From contig CAVQQD010000003.1 of NCBI GenBank assembly GCA_963714975.1, positions 448,001 to 512,000 of the forward strand: DNA of 64,000 bases. Direction: 5' to 3'. How positions within the stretch are numbered: the first letter of the stretch is position 1; each line of letters opens with the position of its first letter. The stretch comes from an uncultured Gammaproteobacteria bacterium. Its GTDB lineage: Bacteria > Pseudomonadota > Gammaproteobacteria > JAURND01. The notes under the pieces were generated by a model. That model was not told where the DNA came from. It did no database searches and saw nothing but the letters and a program-made list of their open reading frames with translations. Both the position numbers and the translations under genes were made by a program. Shown piece by piece: positions 1-11,689 of this stretch.

Positions 1-198
1 GTGGCCTTTTAGATTTTGTTCACTAAAGGGCTGGTTTTTAGCATCGATTAATTGGAAGGAGTTAATGATTCTTGGTTGAGTAAATACGGTGGCTGTGGTG
101 AGATTAGGTTTGGCAGAAGCCAGCTGATAATGGTTGTGGTACACCCAGGCGCCGAACAACGCGGCAATCAGGGCGATAGCGGCAATGAATAGTTTCAT
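1..198 (-). CDS. SCO family protein (5' part; runs off window)
   Basis: Hand translation MKLFIAAIALIAALFGAWVYHNH...QPRIINSFQLIDAKNQPFSEQNLKGH; follows ctaB, typical of this cluster. Confidence 0.8.
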   Translation of the reverse strand, partial: MKLFIAAIALIAALFGAWVYHNHYQLASAKPNLTTATVFTQPRIINSFQLIDAKNQPFSEQNLKGH

Positions 199-222
199 AG
201 ATATAATACCCCCTCTCTCCGT

Positions 223-256
223 AAATCCCTTCTCCCGCTTGCGGGAGAGGGGATTT
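223..256. repeat. Palindromic repeat, family B (CCCTTCTCCCGCTTGCGGGAGAGGG)
   Basis: Inverted repeat; related copies throughout the window. Confidence 0.8.
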
Positions 257-263
257 TTGTTTT

Positions 264-1136
264 TCACAACCGATCTACCAACAAGGCTACAAAAAGTAAT
301 AGCAAATAAATAATTGAGTAGCGAAAAGTTTGCATCGCTACCTTAGTGTCATGAGAATATTTTAAGCGCACAGCCCAGTATAAAAAGCCTGCATCCAAGA
401 GCAATACGCTAATTAAGTAAATCCAGCCGCTCATGCCGACCACAAAAGGCAGTAAGGAGACAGCAGTAAGCAGGCAAGTATAAAGTAAAATGCTCAACTT
501 GGTAAAGTCGATGCCATGGGTGACAGGTAGCATGGGGATGTTTGCCTGGGCATATTCTTTCGCGCGATGCACAGCAAGTGCCCAAAAGTGTGGTGGGGTC
601 CAGGTGTAAATAATTAACACCAGCAGCCAGCCGCCATAGCCTAGGTGATTACTCACTGCAGCCCAGCCGAGCAGTGGAGGCATTGCTCCTGCCACACCGC
701 CGATGACGATATTTTGTGGGGTGATACGTTTTAAAAACATGGTGTAAATAAAGGCGTAACTGAAAAAACTTAGCAAGGTCAGTAAAGCAGTTAAGGGATT
801 GACCCAGAGCACTAAAATTCCCAGCCCGGTTACTGAGAGGAGGCTAGCAAACCAAATGGCTTTGGGCACTGAAACTTTACCTGTTGGGATGGGTCGTGAT
901 TCCGTGCGATGCATTAAGGCATCAATATGTCGGTCAACTAGATGATTCACCACAGCGCCGGCTGCAGCAGTGAGGCCAATTCCTAACAGCCCGCAGATGA
1001 GTATTTGCCAAGTCAGCACCCCCGGGGCAAGTAACATCCCGACCAAAGCAGTGACAAGCATCAAGGCGACTACGCGCGGCTTGCACAGCTCATAGTATCC
1101 ACGCCAGATGGTCGATTGTAAGTAGACAGTTAGCAT
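264..1136 (-). CDS. cyoE: Protoheme IX farnesyltransferase (heme o synthase)
   Basis: KPRVVALM, DRHIDALMHRTESRP, WTPPHFWALA motifs. Confidence 0.97.
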   Translation of the reverse strand: MLTVYLQSTIWRGYYELCKPRVVALMLVTALVGMLLAPGVLTWQILICGLLGIGLTAAAGAVVNHLVDRHIDALMHRTESRPIPTGKVSVPKAIWFASLLSVTGLGILVLWVNPLTALLTLLSFFSYAFIYTMFLKRITPQNIVIGGVAGAMPPLLGWAAVSNHLGYGGWLLVLIIYTWTPPHFWALAVHRAKEYAQANIPMLPVTHGIDFTKLSILLYTCLLTAVSLLPFVVGMSGWIYLISVLLLDAGFLYWAVRLKYSHDTKVAMQTFRYSIIYLLLLFVALLVDRL

Positions 1137-1166
1137 AAATTAGTCCGATAGTAATCCCCCCCGAAT

Positions 1167-1313
1167 CCCCTCTCTCGCTTGCGGGAGAAGGTGCCCCTTC
1201 GACAGGCTCAGGGCAGGCTGGCGGGTGAGGGTGTCTCTCCGTCATTCCGAGGAGCTTGCGACGAGGGATTTCCATGCCAATGGCAGGAGATCCCTCACTT
1301 CGCTCGGGATGAC
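1167..1313. repeat. Composite repeat: family B containing CCCTTCGACAGGCTCAGGGCAGGC, followed by family A (GTCATYCCGAG...CTCGGGATGAC)
   Basis: Similar units at 37859, 39485, 62810; the family A part is a reverse-complement relative of 60068-60140. Confidence 0.85.
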
Positions 1314-2344
1314 GAAGAGCCCAGTCTATAGATTAAAGTCACAATACTCAGCAATAAAATAGCCGCCATGCCATTGTGAGCTACGGCTACCGGCATTGGC
1401 AAGAGCCAGGCCACATTCGCGATACCCAGTGAAAATTGGCAAATCACAACCAGCAGCACAATAGCCGCAGTCCCGTGCAGCGGCAGCGCTTTTTTCGAAA
1501 ATAGCATACTCAAGGCCAAGATTCCCACCACCAGCAGAGTAATCAATGCCCCATAGCGATGCAGCATTTGAATACCAATGCGTGCTGGGGTACCCAATAC
1601 CCCACCCTCATAATTAATGCCAATAGGTTGGATAAAACTAAACCCCTGGGTTAAATGCAAAGGCGGAAATAATTGCCCATGGCAATCTGGAAAGCTGGTA
1701 CAAACTAAAGCAGCATAATTAGTACTGGTCCAAGCTCCTAAAAACAATTGCCCAATAACTACCAATAACGCCAGCACTGCCCAGGGTTTAAAGCAGTGGG
1801 CAGCGGGTATAGGCTGGGGTTGCTTGGGATTCGTGGCAAGGCTGACAAACCAGAGTAGGGCAGTGATGGCCATGCCACCCAGCAGATGGGCACTGACCAC
1901 ACCAGGTTGCACTAACCAAGTGACAGTCCACATGCCAAGAATAGCCTGAAAGATAACGAGCAGAAGAAGCAAAATTAAGGATTTTATTGGCGCTTGACCA
2001 CGGGACCCACGCCCAATTCCCCAAACGGTAAGCACCACAATCAGCAACCCTAAACTACCAGCAAAATAGCGATGCACCATCTCCTTCCAGGCCTTAGCAG
2101 GTTCCACCAGTTGTTGAAATGTATGTTGGGCTTTAGCAATTGCGCTGGGTGTTTCGGGGACTGTTAAGTGCCCATAACAGCCAGGCCAGTCAGGGCAGCC
2201 TAAACCAGCATCGCCTAAGCGAGTATATGCGCCTAGCATCACGACCAAAAGCGCCAGAAGGGTGGTCAAGCGTGCTAACCAAAAATATCCGCGTTTTCCC
2301 CGGATGGGAGAAGGTGCCGGAGGTGGAAGAGGGGTAGTAATCAT
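1295..2344 (-). CDS. ctaA: Heme A synthase (COX15/CtaA)
   Basis: AGLGCPDWPGCYG, EMVHRY, AHNGMA motifs. Confidence 0.95.
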   Translation of the reverse strand: MITTPLPPPAPSPIRGKRGYFWLARLTTLLALLVVMLGAYTRLGDAGLGCPDWPGCYGHLTVPETPSAIAKAQHTFQQLVEPAKAWKEMVHRYFAGSLGLLIVVLTVWGIGRGSRGQAPIKSLILLLLLVIFQAILGMWTVTWLVQPGVVSAHLLGGMAITALLWFVSLATNPKQPQPIPAAHCFKPWAVLALLVVIGQLFLGAWTSTNYAALVCTSFPDCHGQLFPPLHLTQGFSFIQPIGINYEGGVLGTPARIGIQMLHRYGALITLLVVGILALSMLFSKKALPLHGTAAIVLLVVICQFSLGIANVAWLLPMPVAVAHNGMAAILLLSIVTLIYRLGSSSSRAK

Positions 2345-2349
2345 GCAAC

Positions 2350-2931
2350 CTATCCAATATTAGAAAGTTTTAGCAGTCGAGTAATATCTTTAAAAATTCC
2401 CATCGGGTTGGTGTCCAGTGGATAGTACATCAAGACATTGCCATGTGGGTCAATGAGATAAATCAAACCTTGCTGGGCAGCAAGTTGTGCCGCTCCTGTT
2501 TCACCGAGAAATTGCCTCAGTCGTTGCGAAGTAGTGCTGAAATGCAGGGTCCCGGAGTAGACTTTATTAAGTAATTCACCTAGAGCAGGATCGGCATGCT
2601 CCGAGAGCGTGAGTACTGCACGTTGCAGACGAGCACTGTACTTACCTGTAGCCGTACGAATTTGCCGTAAGTAGTAAATTTTTTGCTCACAGTTGGCGTC
2701 GCAGCTGGTTTTGGGGTTGATATACAACAGCAACCAGCGCCCTTTCCAAGCCGTTGCTTCTACCAGTTGGGTAAAGTCTAAAGGAGGATCAATGAGTCGA
2801 CCATGATGGGTGGTCGCAAAAGATTTGAAAGAGTGGTGGTTGACCATCCAACTGGCTATGCCTAAAGGCAGGCCAAATAGCAGTAGCAGGCTAAGGATGA
2901 TTACTAAGGTTTTATTTTTCGAGTTGCTCAC
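2350..2931 (-). CDS. Membrane-anchored cytochrome oxidase assembly-associated protein (SCO/thioredoxin-like)
   Basis: N-terminal TM, CxxxC, YLIDPHGNVLMYY; position between SURF1 and ctaA. Confidence 0.7.
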   Translation of the reverse strand: MSNSKNKTLVIILSLLLLFGLPLGIASWMVNHHSFKSFATTHHGRLIDPPLDFTQLVEATAWKGRWLLLYINPKTSCDANCEQKIYYLRQIRTATGKYSARLQRAVLTLSEHADPALGELLNKVYSGTLHFSTTSQRLRQFLGETGAAQLAAQQGLIYLIDPHGNVLMYYPLDTNPMGIFKDITRLLKLSNIG

Positions 2932-3586
2932 GGCGTTTCAAGTTCAGGCTTATATAAATAATAATGATTATCGCAGCAAAAGAAAACCATTGTACCGCAT
3001 AACTCACGTGTTTGGAGGGCGGCATGTTGATGGGTTTCCATTCACGGACAAATCCGTCCGCTGCAGTGGGAGATAATAACACTAGCTGTGGGAAAAGCGG
3101 TACTTTTAAACGTTGTTGAATTGTAGAAATATCCAAGGCTTGCAGTCGCAGGGGCCATTGGTTGCTGGCATCAGCTATGCTACCCAGGGTAAAAGGTTTA
3201 CCAGGGGATTGATAAATATAGCCCACCAAGGTGTGACTGCTAGCTTCGGGGATTGGTGGCAAAATTTTTCGCTCAGGGGGGGCGGGAATCCAGCCGCGGT
3301 TTACCAGGATGCGTTGTTGTGTGCCTTGTTGGATAAAGGGAGTTAACACTTCGTAACCCATTTGGTGGTGGTGGATTTTATTGTCGAGCAAAAAATTGTG
3401 TTGGTTGTCATAATGTCCGATTACGCTGACTGGCTGGTACATCGCAGCACTATCCTGAGGAAGTTGTTCAATGGGAATGGCTGGTGCTTGCAACCGCGTG
3501 ACAAACTGTTGTTGTAAAATTTGCTTTTCGTGGGCGCGCGAAAGTTGCCAAAATCCTAAAGAGGTAAACAAGCTGGCTAGAGCCAA
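2912..3586 (-). CDS. SURF1 family protein (start uncertain)
   Basis: LGFWQLSRA, ILVNRGWIP, HVSYAVQWF motifs. Confidence 0.93.
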   Translation of the reverse strand: MALASLFTSLGFWQLSRAHEKQILQQQFVTRLQAPAIPIEQLPQDSAAMYQPVSVIGHYDNQHNFLLDNKIHHHQMGYEVLTPFIQQGTQQRILVNRGWIPAPPERKILPPIPEASSHTLVGYIYQSPGKPFTLGSIADASNQWPLRLQALDISTIQQRLKVPLFPQLVLLSPTAADGFVREWKPINMPPSKHVSYAVQWFSFAAIIIIIYISLNLKRREQLEK

Positions 3587-3863
3587 AGTGCCTAGAAAAT
3601 ATATGAGTTTTATGATATTTACCCCCTCCCGAACCCGCCGCCTACGGGATGCCGCCGGGCAACACGCCGTGCTTGTAGCTCTTTAGGAGGCCAGCCTTGA
3701 GGATTGTTCGCTCCATATTACAGCCTCAACGCTTTTAGCACTTGTTGACGCAATTCATATAATACAGGTTTGTGGAGCAAGCCGCTTAATTTTAATTCTC
3801 GTGCTAAGGAATTTTCGTTGCTATGATGCGAACTATTAATTAAAACTCTCATAAGGTTAGCCC

Positions 3864-4322
3864 ATGCTTAAAAATATTCAGCTCAAAATTATTGACCCGC
3901 GAGTAGGGATGGAATTCCCCTTGCCTACTTATGCCACTCCCGGCTCGGCGGGATTAGACTTACATGCCTGCTTAGATCATCCAGTCCCGGTTGCCCCTTC
4001 TGAAACCATCCTGGTTCCTACTGGTTTGGCAATCCATATAGCTGACCCTCACATGGCCGCAATGATTCTGCCACGTTCTGGTTTGGGTCATAAACATGGT
4101 TTAGTATTAGGAAATTTAGTGGGCTTGATTGATTCTGATTACCAAGGTCCTCTCCAAGTTTCCTGCTGGAATCGAGGTAGCAAAACCTATACAGTACAAC
4201 CAGGTGAGCGAATTGCTCAATTAGTAGTATTCCCTATTCTACGGGCTAAATTTGAAGTGGTGGATGAATTTGCAGAAACAGAGCGTGGCGCTGGAGGATT
4301 TGGTTCCTCCGGACAATTCTAG
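3864..4322 (+). CDS. dut: dUTP diphosphatase
   Basis: [32 protein letters not shown]. Confidence 0.98.
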   Translation: MLKNIQLKIIDPRVGMEFPLPTYATPGSAGLDLHACLDHPVPVAPSETILVPTGLAIHIADPHMAAMILPRSGLGHKHGLVLGNLVGLIDSDYQGPLQVSCWNRGSKTYTVQPGERIAQLVVFPILRAKFEVVDEFAETERGAGGFGSSGQF

Positions 4323-4334
4323 GTCTAAATTATC

Positions 4335-4538
4335 ATGTTAATAAAAATTGCTATCTTAAGCTTGATTTTAGGAATTTTAATTGCGCTGGGAAGTGCTTTA
4401 TATTTTATGCTCAGCAGGAAAAGCTCTCCTCAATTGATGGCCAAGGCTTTGAGTTGGCGCATTGGTTTATCGATCATTATGTTTTTATTACTGCTTTTGG
4501 CATTCGTTTCTGGCTGGATTCATCCGCATCCCCTTTAG
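4335..4538 (+). CDS. Twin transmembrane helix small protein (DUF2909-like)
   Basis: Two TMs, ALSWRIGLS, GWIHPHPL C-terminus. Confidence 0.85.
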   Translation: MLIKIAILSLILGILIALGSALYFMLSRKSSPQLMAKALSWRIGLSIIMFLLLLLAFVSGWIHPHPL

Positions 4539-4599
4539 CCTCCTCTCAATACGCTACGGTATTGCTCAAAATTAATTTCAAGCTAAGCTTTGCTGCATT

Positions 4600-5274
4600 A
4601 TGGCAATTACAGATTGGCCGCTCGGGGAGCGTCCGCGTGAAAAATTATTGAAATTTGGTGCTGCAGCTTTGTCTGATGCTGAGCTGTTAGCTATTTTTTT
4701 ACGCACCGGCATCCGCGGGAAAACAGCAGTAGATCTGGCTCGGAATTTGCTCATAGAATTTAAAGGATTGCGAAACATATTAACGGCGAGTTATAAAGAA
4801 TTTTGCGATCAACCAGGCCTGGGTTTAGTTAAATTTGCGCAACTACAAGCCATTATGGAAATCAGTCGGCGCTGCCTACATGAAGTATTAAAACAATCGG
4901 ATGTCATTGCAAATTCAGAGCACACGAAGCTCTATCTTACTTCACGGTTACGTCATTACCAACGAGAGGTTTTTGCCTGCTTATTTTTGGATACTCGCCA
5001 TCATATAGTGGAATATGAAGAACTGTTTTTTGGCACGATTGATTATGCCCATGTTTATCCGCGTGAAGTTGTAAAACGTGCCTTAGCGCACAATGCAGCA
5101 GCAGTTATTTTGGCGCATAACCATCCCTCAGGGATAGTCGATCCCAGCACGGCTGATCGAGAAATTACGCAGCGTTTAGTACAAGCCCTGGATTTAGTGG
5201 ATATCCGAGTATTGGATCATATCATTGTTGGCAAGGGTAAAGTGGCTTCGTTTGCTGAGTTGGGATATTTATAA
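4600..5274 (+). CDS. radC: RadC/JAB-domain protein
   Basis: [21 protein letters not shown]. Confidence 0.97.
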   Translation: MAITDWPLGERPREKLLKFGAAALSDAELLAIFLRTGIRGKTAVDLARNLLIEFKGLRNILTASYKEFCDQPGLGLVKFAQLQAIMEISRRCLHEVLKQSDVIANSEHTKLYLTSRLRHYQREVFACLFLDTRHHIVEYEELFFGTIDYAHVYPREVVKRALAHNAAAVILAHNHPSGIVDPSTADREITQRLVQALDLVDIRVLDHIIVGKGKVASFAELGYL

Positions 5275-5303
5275 TGATTGTGATTACATGACCTGCTACA
5301 ATT

Positions 5304-5582
5304 ATGATAAAAAGCTGGCAGCATAAAGGGCTAAAATTATTTTATGAAACTGGTAATACCAGTAAAATTCAGCCAAAGCATGCAAGCAAGTTGCACGATG
5401 TCTTGCAGATACTCGATTCGGTAACGAAACCAGAACAAATGCGTTTGCCAGGGCTTGATTTTCATAAACTTACTGGAGATTTAAAAGGTTTCTATTCAAT
5501 AAAAATAAATGGCAATTGGCGTATTATTTTTAGGTTTGATGGAGCAGATGTTATTTTGGTTGATTATACTGATTATCATTGA
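5304..5582 (+). CDS. higB: HigB-type toxin (RelE/ParE superfamily)
   Basis: MIKSWQHKGL, HKLTGDLKGFYSIKINGNWRIIFRF; lies upstream of the antitoxin. Confidence 0.92.
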   Translation: MIKSWQHKGLKLFYETGNTSKIQPKHASKLHDVLQILDSVTKPEQMRLPGLDFHKLTGDLKGFYSIKINGNWRIIFRFDGADVILVDYTDYH

Positions 5583-5597
5583 GGTGAAATAGAAATT

Positions 5598-5939
5598 ATG
5601 ATTCATAATCCAAAACATCCAGGCCAATTGGTAAAAAGTATGTGTCTTGAGCCTTGTGACTTATCGGTGACTGAAGCGGCGCAGGCATTAATGATTTCCC
5701 GCCAGACCTTATCTAAATTAATCAATGGGCATATATCAATAAGCTTAGACATGGCAATTCGATTAGCTAGAGTATTTAAGACTTCTGAAGAATTGTGGGT
5801 AAATTTACAAGCTGCTTATGATCTTTGGCAAGCTAATAAATTTCGTTCTAAGCCTCATCTTAAACCGCCTAAGCGCACTCTAACTGCTCGCTCTAAGTCT
5901 GTACGGCGACGTCTCGTGCGCAATTCAGCGAATGCATAA
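5598..5939 (+). CDS. higA: HigA antitoxin (XRE HTH)
   Basis: HPGQ, ISLDMAIRL, WVNLQAAYDLW. Confidence 0.92.
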   Translation: MIHNPKHPGQLVKSMCLEPCDLSVTEAAQALMISRQTLSKLINGHISISLDMAIRLARVFKTSEELWVNLQAAYDLWQANKFRSKPHLKPPKRTLTARSKSVRRRLVRNSANA

Positions 5940-5942
5940 GTC

Positions 5943-6512
5943 TCACACCAATAACTCGGTAGCGATGCGCAGTAAACTATCTGATAGCAACAAGGTGAGA
6001 ATCTGCAAAACAATAATTACTATCACAGGAGAAAGATCAAATCCTGCTATGGGGGGAATTAAACGGCGTAGTGGTTTTACGAGAGGGTCGGTTAATTGAA
6101 TTAGGGCAAAGTAGGCAGGATGGTGATGGGCTTTAGGAACGAAACTTAAAACAACACGAATAATAATGGCGTAAAAATAAAACATGAGAAATTTATGAAT
6201 CAGGCTGCTGCAAGTAAATAATACCAGGCCTATGATTCGTGGGAAGGTATGTAATTCAAATAAAATCAGCACGATCAATTTCAGTGCTTCAAGTACCACA
6301 AGTAAGAACAGTACAGCTAAGTCAATCCCTTTGATATCGGGGAGAATTTTTTGTAGAGGCCTAATGATGGGTTGGGTAAATTTAATGGCAAATTGCGATA
6401 GTGGATTGTAATAATCCGCATGAATTGCTTGTAACAAAAATCTGAGCATCACCACATAGATATACAGATCAAATAATGTTTGAATTAAAAACACACCTGT
6501 GTGAAAAAACAT
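5943..6512 (-). CDS. yggT: YggT family membrane protein
   Basis: ADYYNPLSQF, LTDPLVKPLRRLIP, DLSP; follows proC. Confidence 0.92.
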   Translation of the reverse strand: MFFHTGVFLIQTLFDLYIYVVMLRFLLQAIHADYYNPLSQFAIKFTQPIIRPLQKILPDIKGIDLAVLFLLVVLEALKLIVLILFELHTFPRIIGLVLFTCSSLIHKFLMFYFYAIIIRVVLSFVPKAHHHPAYFALIQLTDPLVKPLRRLIPPIAGFDLSPVIVIIVLQILTLLLSDSLLRIATELLV

Positions 6513-6517
6513 AGGAA

Positions 6518-7330
6518 TTACCTTTCTATTGCCCCTAGTTCTTCATATCGCTGCAAGGCAGCTTGTACTGCATGAAGAATGAGTGTATTAAATCCACCTT
6601 GCTCTAGAACCTTTAGTGCTTGCTCCGTGCCACCTCCAGGTGAAGTTACTTTTTTCCTCAGAGCATCTACTGATTCCTTACAGTCACTTGCCATGCGTGC
6701 GCTACCTAGGGCTGTTTGTAAAATTAATGGCTTGGCAATATGCTGCGGCAAGCCAAGCTGCATGGCTGTAGATTCTAACGCTTCTAGCAGAGAAAAAAAA
6801 TACGCAGGCCCACTGCCAGTAATGGCTGTGACCAAATTAAGTTGCGCTTCATCATCGAGCCAAATTGAAATGCCAATGGAATTAAAAATTTTTTCCGCCT
6901 GTTCTCGTTGTCCGGGGGTAACCTGCGCATTGGCATACAGGGCAGTAGCACTGGCCTGAACAGTGGCTGGGGTGTTTGGCATAGCGCGCACGATAGCCGA
7001 TTGCTGGCCAAAATGTTGCTGAAAAAATTTCACAGGTACGCCTGCTGCAACCGAAATAATCAGCGGTTGGCGCTGGCAAATGGTAGTTGTGAGTTCCGCG
7101 ACCACGGCAGGCATGATTTGTGGTTTAACCGCTAAAATAACGATATCCGCTCCTGCTGTTGCTTCTATGTTGTCTATACTACCGTGAATACCCAGGCGTT
7201 TCTCCAGCTGATGCAATTGTTCACGACTTCCAGTGGTTGCCCAGATGTGTTGACGCGAAAAGCCGGCATTGATTAACCCGTCAAGGATGGCAGAGCCTAA
7301 ATTACCCGCTCCAATTAATGTAATATTCAT
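6518..7330 (-). CDS. proC: Pyrroline-5-carboxylate reductase
   Basis: GAGNLG, RAMPNTP, GSGPAY, VTSPGG. Confidence 0.97.
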   Translation of the reverse strand: MNITLIGAGNLGSAILDGLINAGFSRQHIWATTGSREQLHQLEKRLGIHGSIDNIEATAGADIVILAVKPQIMPAVVAELTTTICQRQPLIISVAAGVPVKFFQQHFGQQSAIVRAMPNTPATVQASATALYANAQVTPGQREQAEKIFNSIGISIWLDDEAQLNLVTAITGSGPAYFFSLLEALESTAMQLGLPQHIAKPLILQTALGSARMASDCKESVDALRKKVTSPGGGTEQALKVLEQGGFNTLILHAVQAALQRYEELGAIER

Positions 7331-8898
7331 ACCAAGGCCACGTTTGCTATTACTTGAGGTCCTGCCGCCTGAATGTTCTCAGGCGCCGCAAATTTTTGGA
7401 AATTACTGATAAATTGTTGGATGAGAATGTTAGCTTGCTGATCGTAAGCCACGCTATTGGCCCAAGCATTTCTTGGATTTAATAACTGGTCATTGATTCC
7501 GTTAATTTGCCGTGGGATTAAGATTCGGAACCCAGGTAATTCTTCCATTGGGGTGTCCAGCAATTCACCGCTTAATGCTGCTGTAACGATAGCCCGAGTG
7601 GTTGGAATATCAAAGCGTTTACCACCAGCACCATAAGCGCCGCTAGTCCATCCGGTATTAATTAAATAGACTGGAGTTTGGGTTTCTGTAATCCGTTTCA
7701 TCAATAGATTGGCGTAAACCATAGCTGGACGCGGAAAAAATGGTGCGCCAAAGCAAGTGCTGAAAGTGGGTTTAATCTCGGCACTGCTGCCAACTTCGGT
7801 ACTACCCACGTGGGCGGTATAGCCACTTAAAAAATAATAGGCGGTTTGTTCCAGATTTAACAAAGCGATCGGTGGCAATACGCCGTATAAATCACAGGTG
7901 AGGAAAATGACTATCCGCGGAGGGCCACAGAGATTTTCAAGCACTCGAGAAGAGATATGCTCTCTGGGATAGGCGGCACGGGTATTTTCTGAAAGACTGC
8001 TGTCCTCATAACGGGGCTCTTTAGTTTTCGCATCTAGCACCACATTTTCCATCACGGCGCCTTGGCTAATGGCGTGCCAAATCATGGGTTCATGTTGTTC
8101 CGAGAGATTAATGCATTTGGCATAACAACCACCTTCGAAATTAAAAATTCCCGTCGCGCTCCAACCATGTTCATCATCACCGACGAGGGGGCGTTGCTCA
8201 TCTGCAGACAAGGTAGTTTTTCCAGTGCCAGATAAGCCAAAAAATAGTGCCGGGTCATCCTTCTTTCCCACATTGGCGGAACAGTGCATCGGTAATACAT
8301 CTTGTTCTGGGAGCAAAAAATTTAGCACCGAAAACATCGCCTTTTTAATTTCACCCGCATATTCTAGGCCGCAGAGTAAAACACGTCGTAGGCTAAAGTT
8401 AATAATGAGAGCAGCCTCGCTATGGGTTCCATCGCGCTCAGGATTAGTCAGAAAACCAGGTGCGCTCATAATCGTCCAGGTGTCGGAGCGTGTAGCATCG
8501 ACGTTTTTATCGCGGATAAATAATTGAGTCGCAAAGAGGTTATGCCAAGCAGTTTCGGTGATTACTCGCAAGGGTAAATCGTATTCAGGATCTGCTCCTA
8601 CTTTTAAACGCGAAATAAAGACCTCTTTAAAGGATAAGTATTCGTAAGCTCGAGCCCAAAGTTCATTGAATTTTTCCGGAGCAAAAGGTTGATTGATAGG
8701 ACCCCAATCGACGGTATCGGTGGTAATATCATCTTTAACAATAAAACGATCTTTGGGAGAGCGTCCGGTACGTTTGCCGGTTTGCACGCTAAGAGCAGAA
8801 TTAGAGGCTAAAACCCCTTCCTGGCGTTTAAGAGCCAGCTCAATTAGTTTCTCGGGAGTCAATTGTTCAAATTCATGGGCAAAGGTCATTTTGGACAT
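7327..8898 (-). CDS. pckA: Phosphoenolpyruvate carboxykinase (ATP)
   Basis: [32 protein letters not shown]. Confidence 0.98.
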   Translation of the reverse strand: MSKMTFAHEFEQLTPEKLIELALKRQEGVLASNSALSVQTGKRTGRSPKDRFIVKDDITTDTVDWGPINQPFAPEKFNELWARAYEYLSFKEVFISRLKVGADPEYDLPLRVITETAWHNLFATQLFIRDKNVDATRSDTWTIMSAPGFLTNPERDGTHSEAALIINFSLRRVLLCGLEYAGEIKKAMFSVLNFLLPEQDVLPMHCSANVGKKDDPALFFGLSGTGKTTLSADEQRPLVGDDEHGWSATGIFNFEGGCYAKCINLSEQHEPMIWHAISQGAVMENVVLDAKTKEPRYEDSSLSENTRAAYPREHISSRVLENLCGPPRIVIFLTCDLYGVLPPIALLNLEQTAYYFLSGYTAHVGSTEVGSSAEIKPTFSTCFGAPFFPRPAMVYANLLMKRITETQTPVYLINTGWTSGAYGAGGKRFDIPTTRAIVTAALSGELLDTPMEELPGFRILIPRQINGINDQLLNPRNAWANSVAYDQQANILIQQFISNFQKFAAPENIQAAGPQVIANVALV

Positions 8899-8999
8899 TG
8901 GATTATCCTTGGCAGAGTGGATCGGGCTGAAGTTGCGAAAATGCCTATTATATACTGAAGAGATGACAGAAGGTATGGTAAGATGCCATTTTATTTTAG

Positions 9000-9605
9000 A
9001 TGAGCGAATTTGACCCTATGCCTACTTATGATTCTTTGCAGCATGTATTTCTTATCGCAATGCCTCAAATGTCAGATCCCATATTTGCTCAATCAGTGAT
9101 TTATTTGTGGGAGTGTACTGAATACGGCGCGAGGGGCGCTATTATTAATAAAAAAATTGCCAATACTTGTTTGGGAGACCTATTTAAACAACTTAAGCTA
9201 CAGACCATTGACCCTACTGCCTCAAATTTACCGGTATATCATGGTGGCCCAGTTTCTGCAGATCAAGGTTTTATCATTCGGCGTCAGCACCAAGTTGAAG
9301 ATTTCACTGGAAAACCCCTGGTTGAAATTACTGTTTCTTCTTCGAGGAATGATTTAGTAGAGTTAGCCAATGGTCAAGGGGTAGAAGATGCTTTGGTGAT
9401 AGTGGGTTGTACTCATTGGGATGGAGGGCAGCTTGATGATGAAATAGCTAAAAATCATTGGCTAATTGTTCCTTTTAGCGAGCATACTTTGTTTTCTGAG
9501 GATCGCAGTAGTCTTGAAACCGATAGATCAGCTGAAAATTGGCTAAAAGCTGCGGCAAGGGCAGGCATTGATTTGAGTCGAGTCTCAGCGGGGGGGAATG
9601 CTTAG
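9000..9605 (+). CDS. YqgE/AlgH family protein
   Basis: [27 protein letters not shown]; precedes ruvX. Confidence 0.9.
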   Translation: MSEFDPMPTYDSLQHVFLIAMPQMSDPIFAQSVIYLWECTEYGARGAIINKKIANTCLGDLFKQLKLQTIDPTASNLPVYHGGPVSADQGFIIRRQHQVEDFTGKPLVEITVSSSRNDLVELANGQGVEDALVIVGCTHWDGGQLDDEIAKNHWLIVPFSEHTLFSEDRSSLETDRSAENWLKAAARAGIDLSRVSAGGNA

Positions 9606-10054
9606 TGAATGAGAGTGTTAGTGCAGCGACGGTATTAGGTTTTGATTTTGGTTTAAGATACATTGGAGTGGCGGTAGGGCAAACTGTGACCGGTACAGCG
9701 AATCCCCTTGAGACCCTTAAAGCTCGCCAAGGCGAGCCTATATGGGATAGGATTGCTGGTTTAATTGATCATTGGCGCCCTAGTGTCTTAATGGTAGGTG
9801 TGCCTTTGACTGCCAGTGGGGCAGAACAACCTATTACCCAAGCCGCACGACGGTTTGCTGAGAACTTGGGGGTTCATTTTGCTCTACCGGTGTTGATGAT
9901 TGACGAGCGTTATACTACTTTAGAAGCCAAGCAAGATTTGTTTGAGCGCGGTGGATTTCGGGCGCTTAAAAAATCCAGGATCGATGCCTGGTCGGCAAAA
10001 ATTATTACTGAAAATGGGTTGCGGCAATGGACCAAAGACATTTTCTTTCAGTGA
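9605..10054 (+). CDS. ruvX: Holliday junction resolvase-like / pre-16S rRNA nuclease YqgF
   Basis: LGFDFG..IGVAVG, DERYTT, IDAWSA. Confidence 0.95.
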   Translation: MNESVSAATVLGFDFGLRYIGVAVGQTVTGTANPLETLKARQGEPIWDRIAGLIDHWRPSVLMVGVPLTASGAEQPITQAARRFAENLGVHFALPVLMIDERYTTLEAKQDLFERGGFRALKKSRIDAWSAKIITENGLRQWTKDIFFQ

Positions 10055-10965
10055 AAGAAGTCACCAAGGAACAAATCCAAGCGCTATTTGCAACGGCACA
10101 ACAGTGGCTTACCCCCATTCCTCCCCCTGCCTTGCTTAAGCATAAAACGGTGGCTAATCTATTTTTAGAAAATAGTACCCGTACCCGCTGTTCCTTTGAG
10201 CTCGCCGCAAAAAGACTGGGTGCAGATGTGTTGAATTTTAATTTTGGGGCTTCTTCTCAGGCCAAAGGCGAGACTTTGTTAGACACGGTGGCAAATTTAC
10301 AGGCCTTGGGGGTCGATTTGTTTGTGGTGCGTCATGCCGTAGAAGGTATGCCAGCGCGCATTGCGCAGCATCTAGGTGCGCAGGCGAGTGTCATTAATGC
10401 GGGGGATGGTTGTCATGAACATCCTACCCAAGCCATGTTAGATGCCTTTACTATTCAACACTATAAAGGAAAATTTAAGGGTCTGCGCGTGGCAATTATT
10501 GGCGACGTCAAGCATTCGCGGGTGGCGAATTCTGTGATTGCGGCTTTGTTGACCCTGGAAGTGAATGAAATTCATTTAATTGGTCCAGCGGCTTTATTGC
10601 CACAGGTGCTTGAGCCAGAGATTAAAGTTTATGAAGATTTAACCGCTGGGATTGCTGACGCTGATATAGTGATGGTGCTGCGGTTGCAACGGGAGCGGAT
10701 GCAAGAAGGGCATGTGCCTAATCAAGAAGTTTATTTCCGTGATTATGGACTGACGGCAGAAAAATTACGCTATGCCAAGCCGGATGCCATTGTCATGCAC
10801 CCAGGACCGATCAATCGTGGGGTGGAAATCGCCTCAGAGGTAGCTGATGGCCCGCAGTCAGTTATTTTGTCGCAAGTGAGATTTGGGGTGGTAGTGCGGA
10901 TGGCGATTATGAGTCACCTCCTAATCCCCTCTGCCCAACCGTTTTTGTTGGTGGGAGAGGGTTAG
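10027..10965 (+). CDS. pyrB: Aspartate carbamoyltransferase catalytic subunit
   Basis: ENSTRTR, HEHPTQ, MHPGP. Confidence 0.97.
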   Translation: MDQRHFLSVKEVTKEQIQALFATAQQWLTPIPPPALLKHKTVANLFLENSTRTRCSFELAAKRLGADVLNFNFGASSQAKGETLLDTVANLQALGVDLFVVRHAVEGMPARIAQHLGAQASVINAGDGCHEHPTQAMLDAFTIQHYKGKFKGLRVAIIGDVKHSRVANSVIAALLTLEVNEIHLIGPAALLPQVLEPEIKVYEDLTAGIADADIVMVLRLQRERMQEGHVPNQEVYFRDYGLTAEKLRYAKPDAIVMHPGPINRGVEIASEVADGPQSVILSQVRFGVVVRMAIMSHLLIPSAQPFLLVGEG

Positions 10966-10975
10966 GGAGAGGGGG
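10926..10975. repeat. Family B repeat overlapping the convergent 3' ends of pyrB and dedA
   Basis: CCCCTCTGCCC...GGGAGAGGGTTAGGGAGAGGGG. Confidence 0.7.
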
Positions 10976-11597
10976 TCTTACTTTTCCTCCCCTTCGACCG
11001 CCACGCCCTTAACCAAAAAATAAAACTGATCAACGCAGCAATTCCTAAGGTAGCGAGTAGTAATTCATACCAATGGGATTCGAGGGTGTTGTAAATGTGG
11101 TGCCATTTATTTCCTACGAAATAGCCAATGGACAGAAAAGTAGTGACCCAGATTGCCGCGCCGGTGTAGGAGAATAGGGCAAAGTGTCGATATTCCATTA
11201 AAGTAACTCCAGCCGCATAGCCGGTTAAATGCCTTACCCCAGGGATAAAGTAGCCGACCAGTAAAGTCCAGCGGCCAATCCGTTCAAACCAGTCATGCAC
11301 CCGCTGCATCCGTACTGCGGTAATGCCAATCCAGGGGCCAAATTTTTTAATGAGATAGGCGCCCGCCGTCTTGCCGATGAGATAACTAATCGTAATCCCA
11401 CAACACGCCCCCGCAAATGCGGCAATTGCCGTTGGAATTAGCTCTAGCTGGCCTTTGGATAACAAAACTCCTGACACGACCATTAATGTCTCATCAGGAA
11501 TGGGTAAGGCAAAGATGCCCAACATTAACAAAATAAACAGAGCAAAACTGCCGTACTGAGTGATCCAATTGGTTAATTCAGGTAAAAAACTTTCCAT
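10962..11597 (-). CDS. DedA family membrane protein
   Basis: [16 protein letters not shown]. Confidence 0.92.
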   Translation of the reverse strand: MESFLPELTNWITQYGSFALFILLMLGIFALPIPDETLMVVSGVLLSKGQLELIPTAIAAFAGACCGITISYLIGKTAGAYLIKKFGPWIGITAVRMQRVHDWFERIGRWTLLVGYFIPGVRHLTGYAAGVTLMEYRHFALFSYTGAAIWVTTFLSIGYFVGNKWHHIYNTLESHWYELLLATLGIAALISFIFWLRAWRSKGRKSKTPSP

Positions 11598-11689
11598 CCG
11601 CGCATAGTAGCAGAAATCCCCAGCGCAAGCGAGAGAGGGGATTTAAGTCCAGCAATTGTAAGTCACCACTTGTGTTAAAGTAGTTCCTA

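Noticed and set aside
1090-1275. 61-aa ORF (likewise 17675-17984, 46636-46932, 48770-49015)
   Set aside because: Translations of palindromic repeats
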